This document shows positions 11,600-23,120 of a stretch of DNA of 64,000 nucleotides, piece after piece (the first letter of the stretch is position 1; each line of letters begins with the position of its first letter). Under the pieces are notes generated by a model. That model ran no database searches. It was not told the origin of the DNA and saw nothing but the letters and a program-made list of their open reading frames with translations. The position numbers were made by a program, and so were the translations under genes. This stretch comes from Mobula hypostoma (Eukaryota): NCBI RefSeq assembly GCF_963921235.1, contig NC_086097.1:30010001-30074000 (forward strand), in the 5' to 3' direction.

Positions 11600-11970
11600 A
11601 CCAGAACAATCCAATCGGGGCAGTGACCCTTCATCGAGATGTCCGGGACATTCGGGGTCATTGGTCCCCCTTGACGCATGGACAGACTCCTAATCATTGA
11701 TAGCATCTCACCGTGCGTAGAGGTGCAGCCCTCTTCCTCCTTTTCGCGGGACGTCCCAAGATTGGCACTGGAGCCTCTGGTGCGGATGAAGTCTTTGACT
11801 CTGATAGCGCTGCGCACCCCGCCTCAGCCGAGTCTGCTTTTGAGGCCAGCTCAGCCGCCGCCGCGCCTTTAAATCCTTCGTCCTGGTGGGGCGCGAACAC
11901 AGTGCTCTATCATCATTCAACTATTTAAAAGCGGAAGCGCTCTTCTCGCCCTCCGCCGGTCTGTAAGTGG
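11600..11970. promoter_or_regulatory. CpG-rich non-repeat island, candidate promoter/first exon
   Basis: Dense CpGs. CCAAT/ATTGG at ~11611, 11660 and 11761. TATTTAAAA 11922-11930, CGGAAG 11932-11937, pyrimidine tract, then GTAAGT 11963-11968. No recognisable protein. Confidence 0.3.
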
Positions 11971-14900
11971 TTTGGATGAGTGTGCCTGACATCTCACTAG
12001 TTCAACAGAGCCGCTGTACAAACAACCGTCAGAGCTGTTCGTAAAGTAAATTAGCGACGGAGGAGTTGTCATTTGGGGAAATTCCAAGTTTCCATGAAGT
12101 CGGGTTTATAGAACAGAGAACACAGGACATTATAGTACAGTGGTACAGTATCGGACATTCGGCTCACGATGTTGTTCTGACCTTTTAATCTACTCTAAGA
12201 TCAAAAGCCCTTCATTTTCTGTCATCCACGTGCTTATCTTAAATGCCCCTAATGTATCTGCCTCTACCGCCACCCACCACTCTCCGTGTATCAAACCTAC
12301 TTCTAACATCCCCCTATACTTTCCTCCAATTACCTTAAAATTATGCCCCGTTGTATTAGCCATTTCTGCCCTGGGAAAATATTTCTGGCTATCCACCCTA
12401 TCTATACCTGTTATCATCTTATTCAGCTCTGCCAGGTCTTCAGTTGGGTCATTTGCATTGAGATCTTGCTTTTGTATGCCTTAGTTTTACACTGTATGGT
12501 TAGATTTTATGTATAAATCGTATATCATTTCTGTCATGTGCATTGTAAGACCATGAGATATAGGGGCAGAATTTGGCTCATTGAGTCTGCTCCACCATTT
12601 CACCATGGCTGCTCCATTTCCCTCTCAGCCCTAATCATCCGTCTTCTCCAGTACCCCTTCACACCCTGACTAATCAAGAATCTATCAACCTCTGCCTGTT
12701 GCAATGAGCGAAGGAAGTGAACCCAAGTGCTGGACACAGGCACGGAGATTGTGTTAGGATGCTTACGCGGATGTGAACATTGAACAGTTAACAGGAGGGA
12801 TCTTGGCACGGAGCCTTGACACAGAGAGACGGAGTTTCATAGGTAAACCTTGAAACTGGGGCAAAACTTAGAGCACATGGTCCTAGGCGGCCGGGAAACG
12901 TTAATTACCACACAGGCAAAACCAACGATCTGGCGACTAGTGGTTGTAACGCCGGGGTTCTTATGCTGCAGGTCTTGATGGAAACCAGGTGTGCCTTCAT
13001 CAAAGAGAATTAGAAGCAACTGGGAAATATACACAAACAACAGGAATTCTGCAGATGCTGGAAATTCAAGCAACATACATCAAAGTTGCTGGTGAACGCA
13101 GCAGGCCAAGCAGCATCTATAGGAAGAGGCGCAGTCGCCATTTCAGGCCGAGACCCTTCGTCAGGACTAACTGAAGGAAGAGTGAGTAAGGGATTTGAAA
13201 GCTGGAGGGGGTGGGGGAGATGCAAAATGATAGGAGAAGACAGGAGGGGGAGGGATAGAGCCGAGAGCTGGACAGGTGATAGGCAAAAGGGGATACGAGA
13301 GGATCATGGGACAGGAGGTCCGGGAAGAAAGACAAGGGGGGGGTGACCCTGAGGATGGGCAAGAGGTATATTCAGAGGGACAAGGGAGAAAAAGGAGAGT
13401 GAGAGAAAGAATGCGTGCATAAAAATGAGTAACAGATGGGGTACGAGGGGGAGGTGGGGCCTTAGCGGAAGTTAGAGAAGTCGATGTTCATGCCATCAGG
13501 TTGGAGGCTACCCAGACGGAATATAAGGTGTTGTTCCTCCAACCTGAGTGTGGCTTCATCTTTACAGTAGAGGAGGCCGTAGGTAGACATGTCAGAATGG
13601 AACTGGGATGTGGAATTAAAATGTGTGGCCACTGGGAGATCCTGCTTTCTCTGGCGGACAGAGCGTAGATGTTCAGCAAAGCGGTCTCCCAGTCTGCGTC
13701 GGGTCTCACCAATATATAAAAGGCCACATCGGGAGCACCGGACGCAGTATATCACCCCAGCCGACTTACAGGTGAAGTGATGCCTCACCTGGAAGGCCTG
13801 TTTGGGGCTCTGAATGGTGGTAAGGGAGGAAGTGTAAGGGCATGTGTAGCACTTGTTCCGCTTACACGGATAAGTGCCAGGAGGGTGATCAGTGGGGAGG
13901 GATGGGGGGGGACGAATGGACAAGGGATTTGTGTAGGGAGCGATCCCTGCGGAATGCAGAGAGAGGGGGGGAGGGAAAGATGTGCTTAGTGGTGGGATCT
14001 TTCTGTCTCTGTCTCTGGAGACAGCTTATCCACTGATGTCTACTATAAGCCTACTGACTCTCACAGCTATCTGGACTATTCCTCTTCTCCCTGTCTCTTG
14101 CAAAAACGCCATCCCCTTCTCGCAATTCCTCCGTCTCCGCCGCATCTGCTCTCAGGATGAGGCTTTTCATTCTAGGACGAGGGAGATGTCTTCCTTTTTT
14201 AAAGAAAGGGGCTTCCCTTCCTCCACTATCAACTCTGCTCTTAAACGCATCTCCCCCATTTCACGTACATCTGCTCTCACTCCATCCTCCCGCCACCCCA
14301 CTAGGAATAGGGTTCCCCTGGTCCTCACCTACCACCCCACCAGCCTCCGGGTCCAATATATTATTCTCCGTGACTTCCGCCACCTCCAACGGGATCCCAC
14401 CACTAAGCACATCTTTCCCTCTTCTCCCCCCCCCGCTTTCCGCAGGGATCACTCCCTACGCGACTCTCTTGTCCATTCCTCCCCCCCATCCCTCCCCACT
14501 GATCTCCCTCCTGGCACTTATCCGTGTAAGCAGAACAAGTGCTACACATGCCCTTACACTTCCTCCCTTACCACCATTCAGGGCATCAAACAGTCCTTCC
14601 AGGTGAGGCAACACTTCACCTGTGACTCGGCTGGGGTGATATACTGCGTCCGGTGCTCCCAATGTGGCCTTTTATATATTGGCGAGACCCGACGCAGACT
14701 GGGAGACTGCTTTGCTGAACACCTATGCTCTGTCCGCCAGAGAAAGCAGGATCTCCCAGTGGCCACACATTTTAATTCCACATCCCATTCCCATTCTGAC
14801 ATGTCTATCCACGGCCTCCTCTACTGTAAAGATGAAGCCACACTCAGGTTGGAGGAACAACACCTTATATTCCGTCTGGGTAGCCTCCAACCTGATGGCA

Positions 14901-15223
14901 TGAACATCGACTTCTCTAACTTCCGCTAAGGCCCCACCTCCCCCTCGTACCCCATCTGTTACTCATTTTTATGCACACATTCTTTCTCTCACTCTCCTTT
15001 TTCTCCCTCTGTCCCTCTGAATATACCTCTTGCCCATCCTCTGGGTCGCCCCCCCCCCCGTCTTTCTTCCCGGACCTCCTGTCCCATGATCCTCTCGTAT
15101 CCCCTTTTGCCTATCACCTGTCCAGCTCTCGGCTCTATCCCTCCCCCTCCTGTCTTCTCCTATCATTTTGGATCTCCCCCTCCCCCTCCAACTTTCAAAT
15201 CCCTTACTCACTCTTCCTTCAGT

Positions 15224-15261
15224 TAGTCCTGACGAAGGGTCTCGGCCCGAAACGTCGACTG
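15224..15261 (+). ncRNA. Minimal type I hammerhead ribozyme, intact; predicted cleavage after 15256
   Basis: UAGUC-CUGACGA-A-GGGUcucgGCCC-GAAAC-GUC|GACUG. Stem I is UAGUC/GACUG, stem II is GGGU/GCCC, and stem III is the palindrome ACGU. Confidence 0.88.
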
Positions 15262-15394
15262 CGCCTCTTCCTATAGATGCTGCTTGGCCTGCTGCGTTCA
15301 CCAGCAAATTTGATGTATGTTGCTTGAATTTCCAGCATCTGCAGAACTCCTGTTGTTTGTGTTTAAATTCACTACAGCGAAGCCTCTTCCGGTG

Positions 15395-18300
15395 ATGCCT
15401 ACACCGAAGAAGTTTAGATCCTCTCTTCGACGGGAGTTCAGTGAAACCATCTCTCACTGCTCCCCATCTGTAATTTCTTCGGCTCTTCAACTTTTCGACC
15501 ACACTTTGACTCAAACTCGCTATCACAGCCATATATCCTTTCTTGGAACGTGCCTCCGTCGCCAACTTACTCCAGTTGGCTTTAGGATTCGTTTCCAAGC
15601 CTCTCAATTTGGACCTTCTGAGGATCCCAGGTACTCACATTTTATTGACTCTGCCTCTCGCCGCTTCTCCCGTCAAGCTCTGAAGGCGACGCTCTCCGCC
15701 ATGAGGAGGTACTTGGTGTCCCTATCCCAGACCCTTCCACACCTTCGGGACACTTTCTTCGCCGTCTGTAATGGTCCTACCCGTTATTTCATCCTCCGTC
15801 GGATTCACGCCTGCAATCGCCGTTTTTTTGACTTTGTCATGTTAGGCAAAGATCGCAAGATCCTACATCTACGGACTCCAGAGCCTGCCGGCCCCGACGC
15901 TAGCAGGCATGAACTTTCAATTGCGGCCCCTGCCATTGATCTCGGCGGCTCCAACACCTCAGGACATATTCAAAACCCGGACTCCAGCAACGACCATGGA
16001 CACATTCGAAGTGATTGCGCAACCACCAACTGCAACTCCAGCCTTGAACTCCAGGCTGGGTCTTTATGTGCTGCTGTTGTGACTCCCGTCTCCCCTTCCC
16101 CCACCACCACTCCGCAGCCCCGTCTTCCTCAGATCCCACCGTCAACTCCTGGGCCCTCAGAGGCTCCATCTTCCTCTCACCCCAACCCTCCCCTCTCCAC
16201 TGACACCTCCAGCCTCCCCCCTCCCCCCTCTGACCCAGCTCTCATCCGTGCCGGGTCTTTATCATCCCCTCCGACCTTCAACTGTCGGAGGCAGAGCGCT
16301 CTGTCCTCAGTAAGGGCCTCACCTTTGTCCCCCTTCTCCCACACCTCAGTGAGTTCCGTGTTCGCCATGATGCAGAACTTTTCTTCCGCCGTCTCCGTCT
16401 CCGAGCCTACTTCTTCGGCAAGGACTCTTCCACCCCCACCGATGACCCCCTTCTCCCGTCTTCAACCCTCCTCTTCTTCATGGACACCCCGCTCTGGTCT
16501 TCTGCCTGCTCTGGATCTCTTTATTGCTAACTGCCGACGGGACATCAACCGTCTCGACTTCACCGCACCTTGTCCTCACTCCTTCGGAACGCTCTGCTCT
16601 CCACTCCCTCCGCACTAATCCTAACCTTATTATTAAACCCGCTGATCAGGGGGGTGCTGTTGTAGTCTAGCGTACTGACCTCTACCTTGCCGAGGCGCAG
16701 CGACAACTCGCGGATACCTCCTCTTATTTACCCCTCGATCATGACCCCTCTAAGGAGCACCAGGCCATTGTCTCCCACACCATCACCGACTTTATCCGCT
16801 CAGGGGATCTCCCATCCACTGCTACCAACCTTATAGTTCCCACACCCCGCACTTCCCGTTTCTACCTCCTACCCAAGATCCACAAACCTGCCTGTCCTGG
16901 CCGACCTATTGTCTCAGCTTGCTCCTGCCCCACGGAACTCGTTTCTGCATACCTCGACACTGTTTTATCACCCCTTGTTCAATCCCTTCCGACCTATGTT
17001 CGTGACACTTCTCACGCTCTTAAACTTTTCGATGATTTTAAGTTCCCTGGCCCCCACCGCTTTATTTTCACCATGGATGTCCAGTCCTTATATACTTCCA
17101 TCCCCCATCAGGAAGGTCTCAAAGCTCTACGCTTCTTTTTGGATTCCAGACCTAATCAGTTCCCCTCTACCACCACTCTGCTCCGTCTAGCGGAATTAGT
17201 CCTTACTCTTAATAATTTCTCCTTTTGCTCCTCCCATTTCCTCCAAACTAAAGGTGTAGCTATGGGCACCCGTATGGGTCCTAGCTACGCCTGCCTTTTT
17301 GTTGGCTTTGTGGAACAATCTATGTTCCGTGCCTATTCTGGTATCTGTCCCCCACTTTTCCTTCGCTACATCAACGACTGCTTTGGCGCTGCTTCCTGCA
17401 CGCATGCAGAACTCATTGACTTTACTAACTTTGCCTCCAACTTTCACCCTGCCCTCAAGTTTACCTGGTCCATTTCCGACACCTCCCTCCCCTTTCTAGA
17501 TCTTTCTGTCTCTGTCTCTGGAGACAGCTTATCCACTGATGTCTACTATAAGCCTACTGACTCTCACAGCTATCTGGACTATTCCTCTTCTCACCCTGTC
17601 TCTTGCAAAAACGCCATCCCCTTCTCGCAATTCCTCCGTCTCCGCCGCATCTGCTCTCAGGATGAGGCTTTTCATTCTAGGACGAGGGAGATGTCTTCAT
17701 TTTTTAAAGAAAGGGGCTTCCCTTCCTCCACTATCAGCTCTGCTCTTAAACGCATCTCCCCCATTTCACGTACATCTGCTCTCACTCCATCCTCCCACCA
17801 CCCCACTAGGAATAGGGTTCCCCTGGTCCTCACCTACCACCCCACCAGCCTCCGGGTCCAACATATTATTCTCCGTAACTTCCGCCACCTCCAACGGGAT
17901 TCCACCACTAAGCACATCTTTCCCTCCCCGCCCCCCCCCTGCATTCCGCAGGGATCGCTCCCTACACAACTCCCTTGTCCAATCGTCCCCCCCATCCCTC
18001 CCCACTGATCTCCCTCCTGGCACTTATCCGTGTAAGCGGAACAAGTGCTATACATGCCCTTACACTTCCTCCCTTACCACCATTCAGGGCCCCAAACAGT
18101 CCTTCCAGGTGAGGCATCACTTCACCTGTGAGTCGACTGGGGTGATATACTGCGTCCGGTGCTCCCGATGTGGCCTTTTATATATTGGTGAGACCCGACG
18201 CAGACTGGGAGACCGCTTTGCTGAACATCTACGCTCTGTCCGCCAGAGAAAGCAGGATCTCCCAGTGGCCACACAGTTTAATTCCACATCCCATTCCCAT

Positions 18301-18435
18301 TCTGACATGTCTATCCATGGCCTCCTCTACTGTAAAGATGAAGCCACACTCAGGTTGGAGAATCAACACCTTATATTCCGTCTGGGTAGCCTCCAACCTG
18401 ATGGCATGAACATCGACTTCTCTAACTTCCGCTAA
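15395..18435 (+). pseudogene. Penelope ORF (N-terminal domain, reverse transcriptase, Cys linker, GIY-YIG endonuclease), frameshifted
   Basis: ATG at 15395 (MPTPKKFRSSLRR). RT motifs MDVQSLYTSIP, GVAMGTRMGPSYA and RYIND (catalytic DD altered). CKRNKCYTC linker. VIYCVRCSRCGLLYIGETRRRLGDRFAEH GIY-YIG. Split across ORFs 15317, 17073 and 17539. Confidence 0.92.
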
Positions 18436-18728
18436 GGCCCCACCTCCCCCTCGTACCCCATCTGTTACTCATTTTTATGCACACATTCTTTCTCTCACTC
18501 TCCTTTTTCTCCCTCTGTCCCTCTGAATATACCTCTTGCCCATCCTCTGGGTCACCCCCCCCTTGTCTTTCTTCCCGGACCTCCTGTCCCATGATCCTCT
18601 CGTATCCCCTTTTGCCTATCACCTGTCCAGCTCTCGGCTCTATCCCTCCCCCTCCTGTCTTCTCCTATCATTTTGCATCTCCCCCTCCCCCTCCAACTTT
18701 CAAATCCCTTACTCACTCTTCCTTCAGT

Positions 18729-18766
18729 TAGTCCTGACGAAGGGTCTCGGCCTGAAACGTCGACTG
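18729..18766 (+). ncRNA. Minimal type I hammerhead ribozyme, intact core; predicted cleavage after 18761
   Basis: Same motif as 15224-15261, with a G-U pair at the base of stem II. Confidence 0.82.
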
Positions 18767-21519
18767 CGCCTCTTCCTATAGATGCTGCTTGGCCTGCTGC
18801 ATTCACCAGCAACTTTGATGTATGTTGGGAAATATACAGTAGGAACTGTAGCACAATCAAAGGAAATTAGGAGAAGGATAGGGAATTAACAATCAGGACT
18901 GTGACACTGCCTTAAGTTTGCCAAATGACTTGGCCTCCACAGCAGCCTGTAGCAACTAATTTCATAGATTTATCAGTCTCTGTCAAAAGAAATTGCTCCT
19001 CATCCCCTTGCTAAATGGATGTCCCTCTACTCTGAGGTTGTGTCCTCTAGTCAGACTCCCCCACCATCGAAAATATTCTCCCCAGATCCACTCTTTGAGG
19101 TCTTTCAACATTCGATAGGTTTCCGTGAGACTCCTCCTCATTCTTCTGAATTCCAGTGAGTAGAGACCCAGAGTCTTCAAATGCTTCTCGTATGATAAGC
19201 CTTTTGAAACAAAATCATTTCCGTAAATCTCCATTGAACTCTCTTCAATATCAGCACATCCTTTCTTAGATAAGGGGCCCAAAACTGCTCACATTACTCC
19301 AAGTGAGGCCTCACCAGTGCCTTATAAAGCCTCAACATTATATCCTTGCTTTTATATTCTAGTCCTCTTGAAATGAATGCTAACATTGCATCTACCTTCC
19401 ACACCACTGACTCAACTTGCAAATTAACCTTTAGGGAACCCTGCACGAGGACTCCTTAGTCCCTTTGCAGCTCAGATTTTTGCATTTTTTCTCCATTTAG
19501 GAAATAGTCCCCCTTTTCATCCCTTCTACCAAAGTGCATGAGCATAAACATCCCGACACTGTATTTCATCTGCCACTTCTTTGCCTATTCTCTTAATCTT
19601 TCAATGTCCTTCTGTAGTCTCTCTGCTTCCTTAACACTATCTGCCCCTTTACCTCTCTTTGTATCATCAGCAAACTTGGTCACAGAGCCATCAATTTCAT
19701 CATCCAAATCATTGACATATAATGTAAAAAGAATTAGTCCCAGCACAGAACCCTGTGGAGCACCACTAGTCACAAGCAGCCAACCGGAAAAGGCCTTCTT
19801 TATTCCCATTCCTTGCCTCCTGCTCTATCAATGCTCTATCCATGCTAGTATCTTACCTGTAATACCATGGGCTCTTAACTTGTTAAGCAGCCCCAAGTGT
19901 GGCACCTGGTCAAAGGCCTTCTGAAAATCCAAGTACACAACATACACTGATTCTCCTTTGTCTATAGTGCTTGTTATTTCTTCAAAAAATCCAACAGATT
20001 TGTCAAGCAAGATTTTTGCTTAAGTAAACTAAGCTAACTTTGGCCTATATTATCATGTACCTTCAAGTACTCTAAAACCACATCCTAAACATTCAATTTC
20101 AACATCTTGGCAGCCAATAACCTATAACCTCCTTTCTTCTGCCTTTCTCTCTTGAAGTGTGGAGTGACATTTGCAAATTTCCAGTCCTCTGGAACGATGC
20201 CAGAATCTATTGATTCTTGAAGGATCATTACAAATGCCTCCATGAAATCTTCAGCCACCTCTTTCAGAACCCTGGGGTGTCAATCATCTGGTTCGGGTGA
20301 CTTTCAGTTTCCCAAGCACCTTATCCATAGTAATTGTAACTTCACTCACTTCTGCCCGCTGACACTCTCAAACTTCCAGCTTACTGCTAGTGTCCTCCAG
20401 AGTGAAGACTGATGCAAAATACGTATTCAGTTTCTCCACCATTTCCTTGTCCCCCATTACTACCTCTCCAGCATCATTTTCCAGTGGTCCAATGTCTACT
20501 CTCACCTCTCTTTTACACTTTATGTATCTGAAGAAACTTTTGGTATCGTCGTTAGTATTATTGGCTAACTTACCTCCGTATTCCATCTTTTCCTTCTTTA
20601 TGGCTTATTGGTTACTTTCTGTTGGCTTTTAAAAGCTGTGCAATCTTAATTCCCAATATTTTTTGCTCTACTTTAAGCCCCGACTTTGGATTTTATGTTG
20701 GCTTTGACTTATCTTGTCAGCCACAGTTGTGCCATCCTGCCTTTAGAATACTTCTTCTTCTTCTTCTTTGGATGTATTTATCCTGAGACTTTTGAATTGC
20801 TCCCAGAAATTTTAGCAATTTCTGTTTTGCTGTCATCCCTTCTAGTTTTCCCTTCTAAGCAATTTTGGCCAACTCCTTTCTCATGCCTCTGTAATTCCCT
20901 TTACTCCACTGTAACAGTGATACATCTGACATTAGCTCCTCTTTCTCAAATTGCCGGGTGGATTCTATCATATTATGATCACTCTTCCCCTAATGGTTCC
21001 TTTACCTTAAACTCGCTAATTAATTCTAGTTGATTACACAACTCCCAATCCAGAATAGCTGGTTCCCTAGTGGGCTCAACCACAAGCTGCTCAAAAAATC
21101 CATCTCATAGGCATTCTACAAGTTTTCCCTCTTGGGATCCAGCACCAAACTGATTTTCCCAATATTCCTGCAAATTAAATCCCCATGAATATCATAACAT
21201 TGCCCTTTTGACATGCATTTTCTATCTTCCATTGTGATTTGTAGACTGCATATTTGCTTCTGCGTGGAGGTATATATATCACTCCCATCAGGGTCTTTTT
21301 ACCTTTGTTGCTTCTTAGCTCTACCCACAATGACTCTATACCTTCTGATCCTATGTAATCTCTTTCTAATGAATTTAATTTCATTTTTTTTTACCAATAG
21401 AGCCACCCTACCCTCTCTGCCTACCTGCCTGACTTTTCAATACAATGTAAATTCTCAGGCATTAAGCACCCAGCTATATCTTCTTTCAACCACGATTCAG
21501 TGATGCCCACAATGTCATG

Positions 21520-22510
21520 CATAGATAAGAAATCTACAGCACATTACAGGCCCTTCAGCCCACAACGTAGTGCTGACCATGTAACCTCCTCTAGAAACTG
21601 CCTAGATTTACCCTACCATATAACTCTCTATTTTTTTAAGCTCCACGTACCTATCTAAAAGTCACATAAAAGTCTCTATTGTATCCACCTCCACCACTGC
21701 CACCAGCAGTACATTCCACGCACCCATCACTCTTTGTGTGAAAAACTTACCCCTGACATCTCCTCTGTACCTACTTCCAAGCACCTTAAAACTATGCCCC
21801 CTTGTATTAGTCATTTCGGCCCTGGGAAAATCCTCTGGCTATCCACACAATCAATGTTTCTCATCATCTTATATTCCTCTATCAGGTCACCTCTCATTCT
21901 CCATTGCTCCAAGGAGAAAAGGCCAAGTTCACTCAACCTATTCTCATAAGGCATGCTCTTCAATCCAGGCAACATCCTTGTAAATATCCTCTGCATCCTT
22001 TCCACGGTTTCCATGTCCTTCCTGTAATGAGGTGAACAGAACTGAACATCGGTTTTGACCAAGGTCTTATATACCTGTAACATTACCTCACAGGTTTTGA
22101 ACTCAATCCCACGGTTGATGAATGCCAATACACCATACTACTTCTTAACAAAACTGTCAACCTGCACAGCAGCTTTGAGTGTCCTGTGAACTGGGACCCC
22201 AAGGTCTCTCTGATCCTCCACACTGCCAAGAGTCTTACTATTAATACTGTATTCTGTCTTCAAATTTGACCTACCAAATGAACCATTTCACACTTACCTG
22301 GGTTGAACTCCATCTGCCACTTCTGCATCCCATCGATGTCCCACTGTAACCTCTGTCAACCCTCCATATTATCCACAACACCCCCAACTTTTGTGTCATC
22401 AGCAAACTTACTAACCCACCCTTCCACTTCCTCATCCAGGTCATTTATAAAAATCATAAAGAGAGGTCCCAGAACAGATCCCTGCGAAACACCACTGGTC
22501 ACCGACATTA
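21520..22510 (-). mobile_element. Second CR1 (RT C-terminus + 3' UTR) nested in the long CR1
   Basis: [12 protein letters not shown]...FADDTKVGG and VQFCSPHYRKD. It interrupts the host APE between AQLQI and DIVGITESW. Confidence 0.75.
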
Positions 22511-22634
22511 ATGCAATCTGTAACTGTGCTACGGGTTCAATTACCTTATTCCATATACTGCATGCATTCAAATATAATACCTTCAGTTCTGTATTCATCA
22601 CCCTATTTGATTTTGTCCCCCTTTTACATTGCAG

Positions 22635-23120
22635 CTTCTTCTTCTGATTTTTAATGGTGGTTGGTAGTCCAACTTAAAGGTGCATTACCACCACCAACTG
22701 GACTAGAATGTGGTGTAGAGATTTGGGAAGCAAAACTCCTACTAGTTCTTTATCAACTGAAAATAAAATTTCTCAAAAAGCCCCATAGATTGTAAATAAT
22801 GAAAGACAATATTGTGAATGTAATTAAAGTAAGTCACTTCCATGACTTGGAAAAGTTTCTAAATGAAATCTATCAACCCCTAAAGATAGTAGTGCAGCCT
22901 ACATTTGCTTTCTTTCAAACTTAAATGCTTCACATTGTAAAAGAATGTGTTCAACTGTTTCATAATGATGATAAAAGCTATACACCCCAGAGTGATGTTT
23001 TCCAACAAGAGACAAGGAATAATTAAAGCACAGTATGTCCACTTCTAAGTCGAGTCAATATAATTCCTTCCTTTCTTGTTTTACCCCCTTCTCCCATCAA
23101 TTTTATGTATTCTGTAAAGG
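22635..23120 (-). mobile_element. Nimb/I-type LINE 3' fragment
   Basis: (GAA)n tail and 3' motif ggtgcattaccaccaccaactggactaga, similar to 346-372. RLRSGHTVL...YHHYETVEHILLQC on the minus strand. Confidence 0.7.

Larger units (their letters stand above)
13034..18825 (+). mobile_element. Penelope-like retroelement array (Neptune-type): inverted 3' fragment, 5'-truncated copy, and full-length unit
   Basis: 13-bp TSD tgggaaatataca (13021-13033, 18826-18838). Minus segment 13034-13999, plus truncated copy 13996-~15360, full unit to 18825. Three near-identical GIY-YIG/pLTR copies. Confidence 0.95.
12697..18906 (-). mobile_element. Solo LTR (~405 bp: 12697-13033 + 18839-18906), probably Gypsy, split by the Penelope array
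   Basis: TGT...ACA termini (minus: TGTCAC...GCAACA). 5-bp TSD ctgcc (12692-12696, 18907-18911) inside the CR1 3' region. Confidence 0.75.

Noticed and set aside
11678..11928. Short overlapping ORFs in the CpG island as protein-coding exons
   Set aside because: No recognisable homology. Such ORFs are expected in GC-rich DNA, and all three minus frames stop soon after the candidate acceptor.
15317..16618. 433-aa Pro/Ser-rich ORF as a host gene
   Set aside because: It is the Penelope N-terminal region running out of frame after a frameshift.
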